DNA of 64,000 nt from Anthoceros angustus (Eukaryota; Plantae; Anthocerotophyta): contig VJWM01000025.1 in NCBI GenBank assembly GCA_010909165.1, positions 496,001 to 560,000 of the forward strand, read 5' to 3'. The translations under genes were made by a program, and so were the position numbers. Within the stretch, counting starts at the first letter, position 1, and each line of letters starts with the position of its first letter. The notes beneath the pieces are model-generated. The model was not told the DNA's origin, ran no database searches, and saw nothing but the letters and a program-made list of their open reading frames with translations. Positions 12,600 through 24,981 of this stretch are shown here, piece by piece.

Positions 12600-13130
12600 C
12601 CTGAATTATGGGCCCCTCATCGAGCCTTTGCCTTGCTTGGTTCCCTGCCCCATACCTTTCGAAATCTCTTAGCAAATTTGTCGATGCCTGCTCGCCCAAA
12701 AGGATTTGTAGCAACTGTTCCATGCTTCATGATTCAAGCTGTTTGCTATTGTGGCCTTGGCCACTCCCCGTTGCCCCGCTCGTATTCTGTGCATGCCCAC
12801 TTCACGCCTTATCCCAGGCCTCCTCAGTCACAGACGATGGCTTGGGAACCACCTCCCCACATTGTCTCAAATCCTTGGCTGCTCTCTTCAACTTCAGCCG
12901 AAGTGAAAAATTCCGGCCTCTCTGCGCACTAGAAAATTTGTGCTTCAAAATCTCTCGGTTCATCACAGCGGGAAACTCCCTGGTCACTATCCCCATCAGC
13001 TCCTCCCTGAGCTGCATTGCATGTGATGTCCAAGGCTTCAAGATTGTAAGCCGGCTGACACACAAATCCAGAATGCGTCTCTCCAAATCTAGCTTCGTCT
13101 GTCCCAAGACTCCGCCCGTCACATCATCTC
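12600..13130 (-). pseudogene. Transposon accessory protein relic (CACTA TnpA/Transposase_24-like)
   Basis: PWTSHAMQLREELMGIVTREFP...KPSSVTEEAWDKA, then in another frame NPFGRAGIDKFAKRFRKVWGREPS, resembling Ptta/En-Spm family motifs. Confidence 0.4.
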
Positions 13131-13434
13131 AGTCTCCTTGTGATGGTGCACCGGATCCCTCCTCAGCACACACCCTCACTGACAATGCTTGTATCACTGG
13201 CACTCGGTGTGTCCTGAACAAGGAACGGACTATGTTTGCAAGTGCCACTACTAGGAAAAGCATACATTTACTAAGTGCACTTTTACCACAAGCAGTGGTT
13301 TTACTACAGTAGCTTATTTTACTACGACAGTTTCAGGTTCATGTATTCTTCTTAAGTATAGCGAGTGAATTTACAAAGGTTGATTCAGATTTTACAACAA
13401 GGCTTATTTCGCCAAATGGTTTAGCCCTGACATG

Positions 13435-16400
13435 TGTCGCACGAGGTAAGCACTTGAATTCATATGAGCACTTCCCCGACCAACAACCAAGCAAACAAAT
13501 CTAATACGCAGGTATGTAGGTGCAAACCAATAACAACAGGAGAGAGTAGCTCGCACGTCGTGGCACAAACACACTCTCCCACGAACAACACGCAAATTCC
13601 TCACACATCGCCTCGAGTCATAGCTTTGGCCTCCTCACAACGCCTTGCATTGCATATCTAGAGGACAAGCTATGATCCGAGCTTGTCCTCAATGGAAGGG
13701 TCTATATATACTAGACTGGCATCGGCATATTCCTAAGATATCCTATTGGCATCAAGATATTTAAATATCCTAAGAATACACTATAATATGCAAGGAATAT
13801 GCCAAAGCATATTACTTGAGCTTATCCACTTAGCTATTGTATCCTAAGAATACACTATAATATGCAAGGAATATGCCAAAGCATATTACTTGAGCTTATC
13901 CACTTAGCTATTGCTAACCATGTTTAATTAACACTAATCAATGCTTAATTAACATAAGCACTTTAGATTAATTAACACTAATCAATGCTTAATTAACATA
14001 AGCACTTTAGATTAATTAACACTAATTACTTACTTAAAGATAAGTAATTAGATTAATTAATGCTAATCAAACACTAAACCCAAGTGCAGATTAGTATCAC
14101 GGCATGTCCGCGAGGTAAGCACTTGAATTCATATAAGCACTTCCTCGACCAACAACCAAGCAAACAAATCTAATACGCAGTATATAGGTGCAAACCAATC
14201 CCCGATAATGTGAGACTCCAAGTCAAACATTATCATTAGTAGAACTACATACGTCGCACCTCATGTAGTGCATTGTGCACAAAACCAATCTTCCTGAATG
14301 TCGTCAAGAGGTGGTTGAACACAAAACATGTGGTATCCCCTATTGCACCGATCACAAAGAAGCATTACATCATCATCATCGACGTCCACAAAACCGACAC
14401 TCCAAGTCTTTGGGTGGGCGCCACATTGTAGGCCGTAGTTGAGGGTCCAAATTGGGTAAGTGGCATGGTGCGCAGTTCTTGAGGTGATCCTTCCATCTTG
14501 ACCATCGGATCCTTGAGCTCAAGCACTCCATCTTTGCCTACTCGCACGACCCGCAAGATGACTCTGCTGGTGGATACCTCCAAGGTGTTGCCTGGCTTCC
14601 GATGCAGGTAGACATAATCTCCAACTTCGAACTTGCGCACCTTGGGTTTCCATGTCCCTCCTCGTGTGTAAGCATAGCGCAGTTGATCCATGTGTTGCGC
14701 TATGGCAAGGTTCTCCATTGCCATGGGCATGATCCGTTTGAAAAGCTCTGCCCGCCTTTCCAGGTCTCGTAGGCAATCATCCGGATTGCGCCAATTTACT
14801 GGTGCTTGTAGCCTTGCTTGCCTCACGTTTGGCAAAAATGGTTGTCGCCCATACAACAAGTAGTATGGTGAAAAATTGCTCAAGGCTTGATTGCTCACCT
14901 GCACTAGCACTAGGTATGGCATCCCTTCATCCCATGTCTTGGTCATTTGTGAGACAATATTTGCAAGGCCGCTTGAAGGTGCACCAAGCGTTCAGCAAGT
15001 CCATCGGCTTGAGGATGATCTCTCGGCGTCGTCGATGATCAATCAAGCTCTGTCAAGCAAGTCTTGAAATTCCCCACAATTCTTTGCCACAGTCGGTGAG
15101 AACCTCGCACATGCTCCATATCGACTAAGAACGGAAGCCAAGAACGCCTTCTTGGTAAGCCGAGAGTCACGCTTGGGTAAGATGGCAACCTCGCACCACT
15201 TGCTGAAATGCTCCACCATTAGCATGACATGCTTGTTTCCGATCTGGCGTCTCGGCATGTCCGGCATGAGATCCACACTCCACAGAAGAGTCCTCGGATC
15301 GGCAGAGTGAAGCACAACATCATTGGTGAACCTTGCCTTCACTCGATCGCACACTCTACATTCTGCGACCACCTTTCCACATCTCCATACATCCTTGCCC
15401 AAAAGTGTGTGGGCTGAGCATCTGTAGGTGCGCTTAGCACCAAAATGCCCTAAGCCTTCATGCACAGGTGATGAGTCTCACCCGGTCCTCCGGCTTGGGT
15501 ACAATTCTATCTCCTCAGAATCACGGACATACATTATGTCCTCCTTCCAATAATCGAGCCACCTTCTCGCGTAGCTTGGCCCGCTCGAGATGAAAGCCCT
15601 TGTGGCAATTCCCCAGACCTTAGGAAGGTCACCGCTATTGCATCCGCCCAGATGTCCCGGCGGACTCTGCATACAAAGCGATGAGTGGAGGGTCTTCAGC
15701 ATCCTCATGCAGCATGGCCAACATGGTATCTGGACTACTCTCCCCCCCAGCCGGTTGCTCGTCATCTGAATCTTGCCTGGCCCCTGTAGTGTCTTCGTTA
15801 CGAGGTAGAGGATTCCTTGACAACCCATCAGCATTAGAGTGAACTCTACCTGCTCGGTGTTCGATGACAAAGTCATACTCCTGGAGAATGAGAGCCCACC
15901 TCGCCAGCTTTCCTGTAAGCTTGCCGTTCGTCATCAACCAGTGCAAGGGTTGATGGTCAGTGATCAGTCGAAACTGATGTCCAAACAAGTATGGACGAAA
16001 GTGTCCGACTGCCCACACTGCTGCAAGACATTCTCCTTCATAGGCAGAGTAGTTGGACTCCGCCTGGTTGTTGCTCCGACTGGCATAAGCAATGACATGT
16101 TCCTCTTCTTTGTCATTGATCTGCGCCAAGACTGCCCCTATGCCGTACTTGCTCCAATCAGTGTAAAGTACGAATGGCTTACTGAAGTCTGGATGACCAA
16201 GAATTGGCGAGCTCATGAGTCTACCCTTCAACTCCATGAAAGCCGACTCCTCCTCTTGAGTCCAACGCCAAGTCACCAACTTCTTCAACAAGTCATTCAA
16301 TGGCCGCGCAATCCTGCTCATCCGCGGAATGAACTTCCTGTAGTAACACCAACCCAAGAATGCCCTCAACTTGAGATGTCGTTTGGCACAGGAATGCGCG

Positions 16401-17200
16401 ATTGCCTCCACCTTGGTGGCATGCGGCGAGATCCCGTCAGGCGTGATCCAATGACCCAAGTACAACACCTTGTCCTCTCCAAATCGACACTTCCTTGGAT
16501 GGGCCTTCAACCCACAGGCTGCCAGTCTAGCAAAGACTGCTTTCCAGGTCTCGTAGGCAATCATCCGGATTGCGCCAATCCACTGGTGCTTGTAGCCTTG
16601 CTTGCCTCACGTTTGGCAAAAATGGTTGTCGCCCATACAACAAGTAGTATGGCGAAAAATTGCTCAAGGTCGCTTGATTGCTCACTGCACTAGCACTAGG
16701 TATGGCATCCCTTCATCCATGTCTTGGGTCATTTGTGAGACAATACTTTTGCAAGGCCCGCTTGAAGGTGCACCAAGCGTTCGACAAGTCCATCGGCGAG
16801 GATGATCTCTCGGCGTCGTCGATGATCAATCAAGCTCTGTCAAGCAAGTCTTGAAATTCCCCACGAATTCTTTGCCACAGTCGGTGAGAACCTCGCACAT
16901 GCTTCATATCGACTAGAGCGGAAGCCAAGAGCGCCCGGTCAGGAGTCACGCTTGGGTAAGATGGCAACCTCGCACCACTTGCTTTGAAATGCTCCACCAT
17001 TAGCATGACATGCTTGTTTCAGTCTGGCTGGCATGTCGGCATGAGATCCACACTCCACAGCAGAAGAGTCCTCGGATCGGCGGTGAAGCACAACATCATT
17101 GGTCGTGAACCTTGCCTTCACTCGATCGCACACTCTACATTCTGCGACTAGCCTTTCCACATCTCCATACATCCTTGCCCAGAAGTGTGTGGGCCTGAGC
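13435..17200 (-). mobile_element. Ty3/gypsy element, 5'-truncated: RT(3' part)-RNaseH-IN-PHD-PPT-LTR, with internal IN duplication at 16540-17200
   Basis: ORF 15635-16564 (KCRFG...YLGH...FLG..YYRKFI...PDFSKPFVLYTDWS..GIGAVLAQ...YASR...EGECLAAVWAV..F..YLFG..F.LITDHQPL). IN zinc finger HEGLGHFG...CRVC. PHD CRFC...LLCDRCNRGYHMFCVQPPL...WFCAQC at ~14270-14400. LTR block 13435-14197. Confidence 0.92.
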
Positions 17201-17204
17201 ATGC

Positions 17205-18456
17205 TGTTTACACACGAGGAGGAACATGGAAACCCAAGGTGCGCAAGTTCGAAGTTGGAGATTATGTGTATCTGCATCGGAAGCCAGGCAACACCTTGGA
17301 GGTATCCACCCAGAGTCATCTTGGTCGTGAGTAGGCAAAGATGGAGTGCTTGAGCTTGAAGGATCCGATGGCGAAGATGGAAGGATCACCTCAAGAACTG
17401 CGCACCATGCCACTTACCCAATTTGGACCCTCAACTTCGGCCTACAATGTGGCGTCCACCCAAAGACTTGGAGTGTTAGGTTTGTGGACGATCGATGATG
17501 ATGTAATGCTTCTTTGTGATCGGTGCAATAGGGATACCACATGTTTTGTGTTCAACCACCTCTTGACGACATTCCAGGAAGATTGGTTTTGTGCACAATG
17601 CACTACATGAGGTGCGACGATGTAGTTCTACTAATGATAATGTTTTGACTTGGAGTCTCACATTATCAGGGGGGGATTGGTTTGCACCTATATATCTGCG
17701 TATTAGATTTGTTTGCTTGGTTGTTGGTCGAGGAAGTGCTTATATGAATTCAAGTGCTTACCTCGTGCGGCAGCTGTCATGCCGTGTGATACTAATCTTT
17801 GCACTTGGGTTTAGTGTTTGATTAGCATTAATTAATCTAATTACTTATCTTTAAGTAAGTAATTAGTGTTAATTAATCTAATATGCTTATGTTAATTAAG
17901 CATTGATTAGTGTTAATTAATCTAAGGTGCTTATGTTAATTAAGCATTGATTAGTGTTAATTAAACATGGTTAGCAATAGCTAAGTGGATAAGCTCAAGT
18001 AATATGCTTTGGCATATTCCTTGCATATTATAGTGTATTCTTAGGATACAATAGCTAAGTGGATAAGCTCAAGTAATATGCTTTGGCATATTCCTTGCAT
18101 ATTATAGTGTATTCTTAGGATATTTCCGGCATACGATGCCAAGAGGATATCTTAGAATATGCCGATGCGGTCTAGTATATATAGACCCTTCCATTGAGAC
18201 AAGCTCGGATCATAGCTTGTCCTCTAGATATGCAATGCAAGGGTGTTGTGAGGAGGCCAAAGCTATGACTCCAAGAACGATGTGTGAGGAATTTGCGTGT
18301 TGTTCTCGTGGGGAGAGTGTGTTTGTGCCACGATGTGCGAGCTACTCCCTCCTGTTGTTATTGGTTTGCACCTATATATCTGCGTATTAGATTTGTTTGC
18401 TTGGTTGTTGGTCGAGGAAGTGCTTATATGAATTCAAGTGCTTACCTCATGCGACA
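17205..18456 (+). mobile_element. Second copy of the same PHD-gypsy family (IN C-terminus-PHD-PPT-LTR), inverted relative to the first
   Basis: Reverse complement of 13435-~14672. PPT aggggggga at 17668-17676. PHD at 17474-17610. Confidence 0.9.
17775..18456 (+). repeat. Gypsy LTR (TGTC...GACA, ~680 bp) with internal 73-bp and ~44-bp tandem duplications; inverted counterpart 13435-14104
   Basis: Terminal TGTCATG...GCGACA. TATA-like tatatata. Preceded by an extra copy of its last 95 bp (17678-17772). Confidence 0.75.
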
Positions 18457-18459
18457 CGG

Positions 18460-21400
18460 AGGAGTTAGAAGAAGCAAACGAAGGCGAACCTCTTAACTGG
18501 TAGGACGATTAGTAGGATGACTGGTAGAAGCATTCTTTTTTGGACACTGACATTAACGTGGGACCCATATTTAAGAGGGGGACCCTATTTTGGGGGAGGG
18601 AGTGACTAAGATGACTGGGAGAGGTGGCAGTTGTGAGCTGGACCTTACCTTGTGGGGTCAAAAGTCCGAACTCCCAGTCGCGAATTCCCTCATGGAATCC
18701 GGAGGGTCATTCCGCATTTAAGATGCACATATTTCGAGAGACCGCTCCCCCTATAAAAGGGGAGCCATGTAACCAATTCAATATCAATCCTTGTGGCTCT
18801 TCTCCAGTGTCGTGCCCCGCTGTGTGAGTGCACGACCGACCCCGTTCGCCAGACGGCGCGTTGATGAAGGAGAGCAAGGTTGATCGGAGGGACTGAGCTA
18901 AAGGGGAGGCAGTGCGCTCACCTCTTGACCGGTTTCCTATTTCCTTGTGCAGGTTTCACCTTAGGATTGTTGTGTGCTTGTTGATTGTTGGCATCTTGCA
19001 GGGCACTAACATCAGAGACTCATTTGAAGCAACCTATCAGGAGCTTCCTAACCCAAGAGTGCTCACGTTATAGGCAATCTTAGGGCTGCCGGCTTAAGCG
19101 AAAATCCATCGATTTCTGTCACTCTAGGCGTTGGTGCTGTAAGAGCGACTTGAGAGTTTGCTGAGAATAGACCTAGTAGATGGTTGTGGAAGGAGGTATG
19201 AGATTGAGTTATTGGGTTATTGTCGTCGTATTGTTTTTCTGTGGTCTTAGAAGTTAGAGGAACTTGGAAGGCTCGATTTGGGGCCGTGGGCCATAATCTC
19301 CATCAAGCAACGCCCCATCTCCATGAGCTTCCTCTTGAAATCCTCTCCCGGCTCGAGCAGCTTGGATCATGTCCAGGAGCCGGCTCATGCTAGTGTCTAT
19401 CCTCACCACCTCCGTGAGAAAGGACGTCAATTTCGTTTGCTTCCTCTGCCATCCGATCTCCATGGCCACCCTGTCCAGCAAGTCCAAACGAGGCGCAGCC
19501 CACATGATTGACGGCTGATCCGGGATGGACAGCTCATGAGCAGGCTCAAGCTCTTTGACTAGGGCATCGAATCTTGTTGACCACTCAATTTCGGCACACA
19601 CCGTTCTAGCAGCTCGGACCATCATAGGCATGTACTTTGAACAGTGAGATGACAAGCGCATTTACTACTAGACGATGGGTTTTCCATACACATGTACATC
19701 GTCTCTCCCTTGGCCGCTATATGAAACGCCGACAGGAATTGACTCATAGTCCGGACTTCCCGCTCAATCCAATGGCTGGAATTTCGCCTAATCCTTCATC
19801 GCCCGCTACCCGGTCGCTGAGAACGCCTGTGCGATTTTCTTCCATCATGTTTTCGCTCTGGTGGGAATGGAGCTCAAACCCCGGATATGGCAGCCGACTG
19901 AATTAGCACATTATCATTGGATTTATAGCCTTTTCCTTCCTTGGATATCGGTGATAATAGGACTTAATTACCCTAAACCCTAAACCTCAAGCTAGCATAT
20001 TCCATGCGAATCCTGAAGCCCAAGGTTACATTAACCAAACCCTAACCCTCATCCAACCTATTCAACTCGATTTCCGAAGGCCAAGGTTAATTTAACCAAA
20101 CCCTAATCCTCGGCCGGCTTATTTTGTGCGATACCCGAAGACCAAGGTTACTTTAGCCTAAACTCTAACTCAGGTTTTCTGTGGGATGACCGGAGTTAGG
20201 GTTAGTGACTCGAGGTTCCTTAGTCTACATATGCTACCATGCATATGTATTTGGTTGACCACTCAAATGTTGTTGACCACTCAAGTTCCGCACACACCGT
20301 TCTAGCACGCCCAGACCATATCAGGCATGGACTTTGTCACGCGGGCTTTTCTGAAGTAACGAATGTCCTGAACAGAACCAATGTAGTCGGCCGCGTGGCA
20401 AGCATTCCTTGGTGCCAGTTGGGCATAAAAGGGAGCACTGCCTCTTGGCAACAAAGGAATTCGGCCTTGCACGCCACAGGCCTTTGTGCGGATTGTGAGT
20501 TTGGAGCGTGCCTCCTCGCAGTTGTGTCCGCCTCTTGGCATGCCAGGAATTCGGCCTCGCATACCACATGCCTTTGTGCGAAGCCCAAATTTGAAGCGTA
20601 CCTCCTCTTTATTGCGCGCGCTGCTGGCTGGATTATTGCCATCGAATCTGGTTGTGCCTCTTCTTCCAGGATTCCGCATTTCTTCAATAATGTCTGGAGG
20701 AGGTGATCCCAGGAACTTGGATGGCTAGGCGGCAGAGTGCCTGGAAATTTATCGGCAAACGTGGAAGCAAGCTTGGGTGAATCGGAGGCTTCCTGAGCGC
20801 GACCCACACATGATCGATGAGATCGCAGACTGGCTGATGCCTCTTCAAACTCCAGGAGCAAGTGAATGAATTGTTTCGTATGTTGATTGCCAGCAGGACG
20901 CAGCTGGTGGATGTGTTGGGCAGCTCCAAATGGCTCTTCTGAAAGTGTGGCAAGCAGAAGTAGAGATAACTAGACACTAGCTCCGTCGTACAAACTAGTA
21001 GTAGGAGGTAGGTAGGTGATTTCTAACTAGTGTAGCAAGATCACATCCCGAGTCGTCGTAGACAGTCGGTAGGAGGACGGTAGGAACAGGGCTTAGAATC
21101 TCCCACAGGGAACTAACCTTTAGGATCCACAAACTAATTATGGTACTTAATTTTATAGGCAAAAAGGTCCTTGGTCTTTGGTAGGTCATGGTAGGAAAAA
21201 AACACCTTGATCTTCGGAGGATGGGGTAGGTGACCCTTGGCCTTCGGGCAGGAAAAGTTGGGTCGATTATTTCAAGGGGCAAGGAAGATAACTTCCTTGG
21301 CCTTCGAAAATCGCGCATGTAGAGGAGGCTATATATGCAGGGGTGGCAGATACGGGAAATCAAGTTTTTGAATAGAAGCACCGTCAATGGTGCCACGTGG

Positions 21401-22900
21401 CGGACATTGCGACGGAGCCCAACTGGAGAAATCGCCATTGAGATTTGCATGTACCGGCAAAACCCTCAGTAAGCCAGGGTTTGGGTATTTCGTGAGAAAA
21501 CTGAAGAAGTCGGCGGCCGCGACGCAAGGAGGAAGATGTCTGTGAGCGCAAGCTGGGACTTTTGTGTGCGAGGCGGAATTCCTCGAGTGAAAGCAAGAGA
21601 GGGGGACCACCAGCATTTTTCGGAGTGAGGAAGGAAAAGGCGCGCGGCGGTGCCCCGACCTCTCTGCAAGGAGTGATTGAAGCTTCTGGGTCAGGAACCA
21701 AAAACGACAAGGGGAAAGAGAAGGAGCCTATGGCGCCTCTTACGGAGAAGGTAGGAAAGGACTCCCGACCACCTACCGGAGGGCTTCACATTGGTAGGCA
21801 GCTACCACCAACAGGAGAAGGACTAGTAGGAACCGAACCACCTGCGAAGGAGGTAGTTCCTACGGAAGGAGTTACAGCAGAAAAAGGACCTACGGTAGGG
21901 GACCAAGCTCCTACCGACGAAGGGCAGGATGCACCTGTCGGCATGGAAGTAGAGGGCGACAAGGAAGAACGCCGAGGAATGTTGGTGACCTACACACCAG
22001 CAGGAGGGGCAGTAGGAGGTGTGATGAGAGCAATTGAAATCTTCCCGAGAATGGCTACCGAGCTGCAGGAGATTGGCCTGGGGCCTGTAGATGCCCTGGT
22101 AGACAGTTTGAGAGAAGCGGCCGAAGTTTGTGCTGAACTTCGGGATGTGAAGAAAGAATTGGAGGATGTGGAGAAGAAGCTCAAGATAGCCTTGAAGACA
22201 ACCTCCGAGAAGCAGCACTCTGTCCTAGACTTGGCCAAGGAGCGAGATAGAATCACCACCAAGTTGGTGAATGTGTGGGAGATGATAGACCAAGTCTTGG
22301 GGAGGGAAGGCAGTTCAGCCAAGAAGGCTGAAGAGATGGAAGCCGCCAAAAACCAGGCGGAGGAGCATTTGAGAACGGCCTTGGAAAGGGTAGGAGAAGT
22401 GAGCAGGGAGAAGGAGGCAGCTACTACCACAGCTAGCAAGACCGAAAGGACGTGTCAGTGTACGCATGTACAGGATAAACCCCATGCTCGGCACCAAGGT
22501 CACCGTACAGCTTGCTTACCTGGGCTCGGGCTGCACACTGCGATGTTCCGGTGCGCCATTCGAAAAGCGGCCTCGGTAATGCCGAATTAGTGGCTCGAGG
22601 TCCATGGCGCTGGACGGCCCGGGCAAGTCGGGTTTATTGCAATGGGAGTCGAAACCGGCTCGGGCCGCACGTTGCGATGTTCCGGTGCGCCATTCAAAAA
22701 GCAGCCTCGGTAATGCCGAATTAGTGGCTCCGAGGTCTGCGGTCGCGCGGACGGCCTGGGCAAGTCAGGTTTATTGCAATCTGCGAGTCAAAACCGGGAC
22801 CTGCTGATGTCTGGTACTACGTCTTTCAACTCTCCCACAATGCCCTCGAAAAGACACTACAAAGACGTGTTCCGATGCCGGGGAGCACGTCTTGAGGCAC
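18460..22900. mobile_element. Unclassified retroelement-derived region (LTR-like segment plus accessory ORFs and tandem repeats)
   Basis: LTR-like tataaaagggg...tgtaacc...aatatcaat at 18753-18790. Related minus-strand ORF relics 19254-19661 and 20337-20861. Coiled-coil ORF 21562-22590. ~61-bp x3 repeats (20005-20170) and ~125-bp x2 repeats (22520-22790). No pol domain seen. Confidence 0.45.
21562..22590 (+). CDS. Low-complexity/coiled-coil ORF typical of retrotransposon accessory ORFs
   Basis: 342 codons: P/T/E-rich N-terminus with DKGKEK, then a heptad-like E/K-rich region. Start codon uncertain. Confidence 0.4.
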   Translation: MCARRNSSSESKRGGPPAFFGVRKEKARGGAPTSLQGVIEASGSGTKNDKGKEKEPMAPLTEKVGKDSRPPTGGLHIGRQLPPTGEGLVGTEPPAKEVVPTEGVTAEKGPTVGDQAPTDEGQDAPVGMEVEGDKEERRGMLVTYTPAGGAVGGVMRAIEIFPRMATELQEIGLGPVDALVDSLREAAEVCAELRDVKKELEDVEKKLKIALKTTSEKQHSVLDLAKERDRITTKLVNVWEMIDQVLGREGSSAKKAEEMEAAKNQAEEHLRTALERVGEVSREKEAATTTASKTERTCQCTHVQDKPHARHQGHRTACLPGLGLHTAMFRCAIRKAASVMPN

Positions 22901-23021
22901 CACCCATCGTCTTTCGAGCATCATAATATAGATATAGATAGAGTTGGGGTAATCTCACGCAGACACCACACACTAGGGAGGTCAGCACGCCCAAATGAAC
23001 TGGGGCGATTTCAACTCTAAT

Positions 23022-23522
23022 ATCATGTCATGTCACATATACATATACATGTCACATGTCTGTATATATCTGTATCGTATACATGTCACATATACGTATA
23101 CGTATCTCATATCATATATACGTATACATGTCATGTCTGTATACGTATACATGTCATATCTGTATCGTATCATATACATATCGTATCTGTATCGTATCTA
23201 TACGTATCTCAGACCGTATTCGTATACGTATACGTATCTATACATGTCTGTATGTCTGTATGTCTGTATGTCTGTATCATGTCATATCATGTCATATACG
23301 TATACATGTCATGTCTGTATCGTATCTATACGTATACGTATCTATCTGTATCGTATACGTATCGTATACATATCGTATACATATACGTATACATGTCTAT
23401 ACGTATCATGTCATATCATGTCATATACGTATACATATGTCGTATCATGTCACATGTCTGTATACATATCTGTATCGTATACATGTCATGTCTATACATG
23501 TCGTATACGTATACATATACGT
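23022..23522. repeat. Low-complexity alternating purine/pyrimidine tract (TA/CA/TG/CG mosaic)
   Basis: Built from tatacg, tacatg, tgtc and tatc units. Confidence 0.95.
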
Positions 23523-23544
23523 ATTAATATACTATATTTATACC

Positions 23545-23643
23545 AGGAGTAGTATGCTTAGAGGTTGCGGGAGCCGGATACGAGTAGTATCTTTAGAGGT
23601 TGCGGGAGCCGGATAGGAGTAGTATGCTTAGAGGTTGCGGGAG
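23545..23643. repeat. 36-bp tandem repeat x3 (gagtagtatgcttagaggttgcgggagccggata)
   Basis: Tandem copies read directly from the sequence. Confidence 0.95.
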
Positions 23644-23647
23644 CTAG

Positions 23648-24500
23648 AGTGTTTGCATGTCTAACGGATAGCTATGAGGAGGAGATCGAGGGAGAGAGCA
23701 TGCGGCGGTGGCTATAAGTTACAATAAACATCTTCATAATAAGTAAAAATATCGAGTGTACACATGTCTAGCGGAGAGTTTTGAGGAGGAGATCGAGGGA
23801 GAGGAAAGGCGCCGGCCTATAAGTTACAATAAACATCGAGCAAGGCGGCTGTGGCTATAAGTTACAATAAACATAATAAGACGACGGTGGCTATAAGTTA
23901 CAATAAACATCTTCATAATAAGTAAAAATATCGAGTGTACACATGTCTAGCGGAGAGTTTTGAGGAGGAGATCGAGGGAGAGGAAAGGCGCCGGCCTATA
24001 AGTTACAATAAACATCGAGCAGGCGGCGGTGGCTATAAGTTACAATAAACATAATAAGACGACGGTGGCTATAAGTTACAATAAACATCTTCATAATAAG
24101 TAAAAATATCGAGTGTACACATGTCTAGCGGAGAGTGTGAGGAGGAGATCAAGGGAGAGGAAAGTGGGCGGCGATTATAAGTAACAATAAACATCTTCAT
24201 AATAAGTAAAAATATCGAGTGTACACATGTCTAGCGGAGAGTTTTGAGGAGGAGATCGAGGGAGAGGAAAGGCGCCGGCCTATAAGTTACAATAAACATC
24301 GAGCAGGCGGCGGTGGCTATAAGTTACAATAAACATAATAAGACGACGGTGGCTATAAGTTACAATAAACATCTTCATAATAAGTAAAAATATCGAGTGT
24401 ACACATGTCTAGCGGAGAGTGTGAGGAGGAGATCAAGGGAGAGGAAAGTGGGCGGCGATTATAAGTAACAATAAACATCTTCATAATAAGTAAAAATATC
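23648..24500. repeat. Higher-order tandem repeat (178/106-bp monomers, 284-bp HOR) with ~12 copies of ctataagttacaataaacat
   Basis: gagtgtacacatgtctagcgg starts at 23754, 23933, 24111, 24217 and 24395. 23933-24216 matches 24217-24500. Confidence 0.95.
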
Positions 24501-24981
24501 TTCATATTCAAACAATCCGTCGTTGTCTAGAACACATTGATTGCAGACTAGGCCCACCCCGCTAAAAAAGTAAAATAATCTTTAATCTGCTAATCCAGAG
24601 AATAAAAGAGGATGGTATAAACTAAATTAGTAAGAAGGACTGAGAGTACCTTGAAATTATGTATATCCACTATAGCATCATTCTCTAGCCAAACCAGCTC
24701 TTACATATGACTCCATCCATGTGACTATACCAAATAGTAGAAATTTTTTATCATTTATCATTTCATAATCCATTAGATTAGAACAAAAGTAGATAGCCCG
24801 GCACACACACCTTAACCTTCATACTGCCCAAGGAGTAGAAACTCCCAAGTAGTAAAAGTGTATGATGTAGGTAACCTATATATATGTACTTGTTGTAGAA
24901 CGCGTGACCTACTGTCAGTTTATGCAACCCTGCGTGACAAATGGCAGAGGGGTGAGATGTCATCAGATTCAGAGGGGTGAG

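Noticed and set aside
19971-19986. ccctaaaccctaaacc telomere-like repeat
   Set aside because: Only two units, so a telo-box motif and not an interstitial telomere array.
22995-23616. Three overlapping 165-186 aa Y/I/H/V-rich ORFs
   Set aside because: A by-product of a low-complexity RY tract that cannot form stop codons.
23700-24500. CRISPR-like look: ~12 copies of a 20-bp repeat with intervening sequences
   Set aside because: The intervening sequences are themselves repeated and vary in length, there are no cas genes, and the context is eukaryotic. It is a higher-order satellite.
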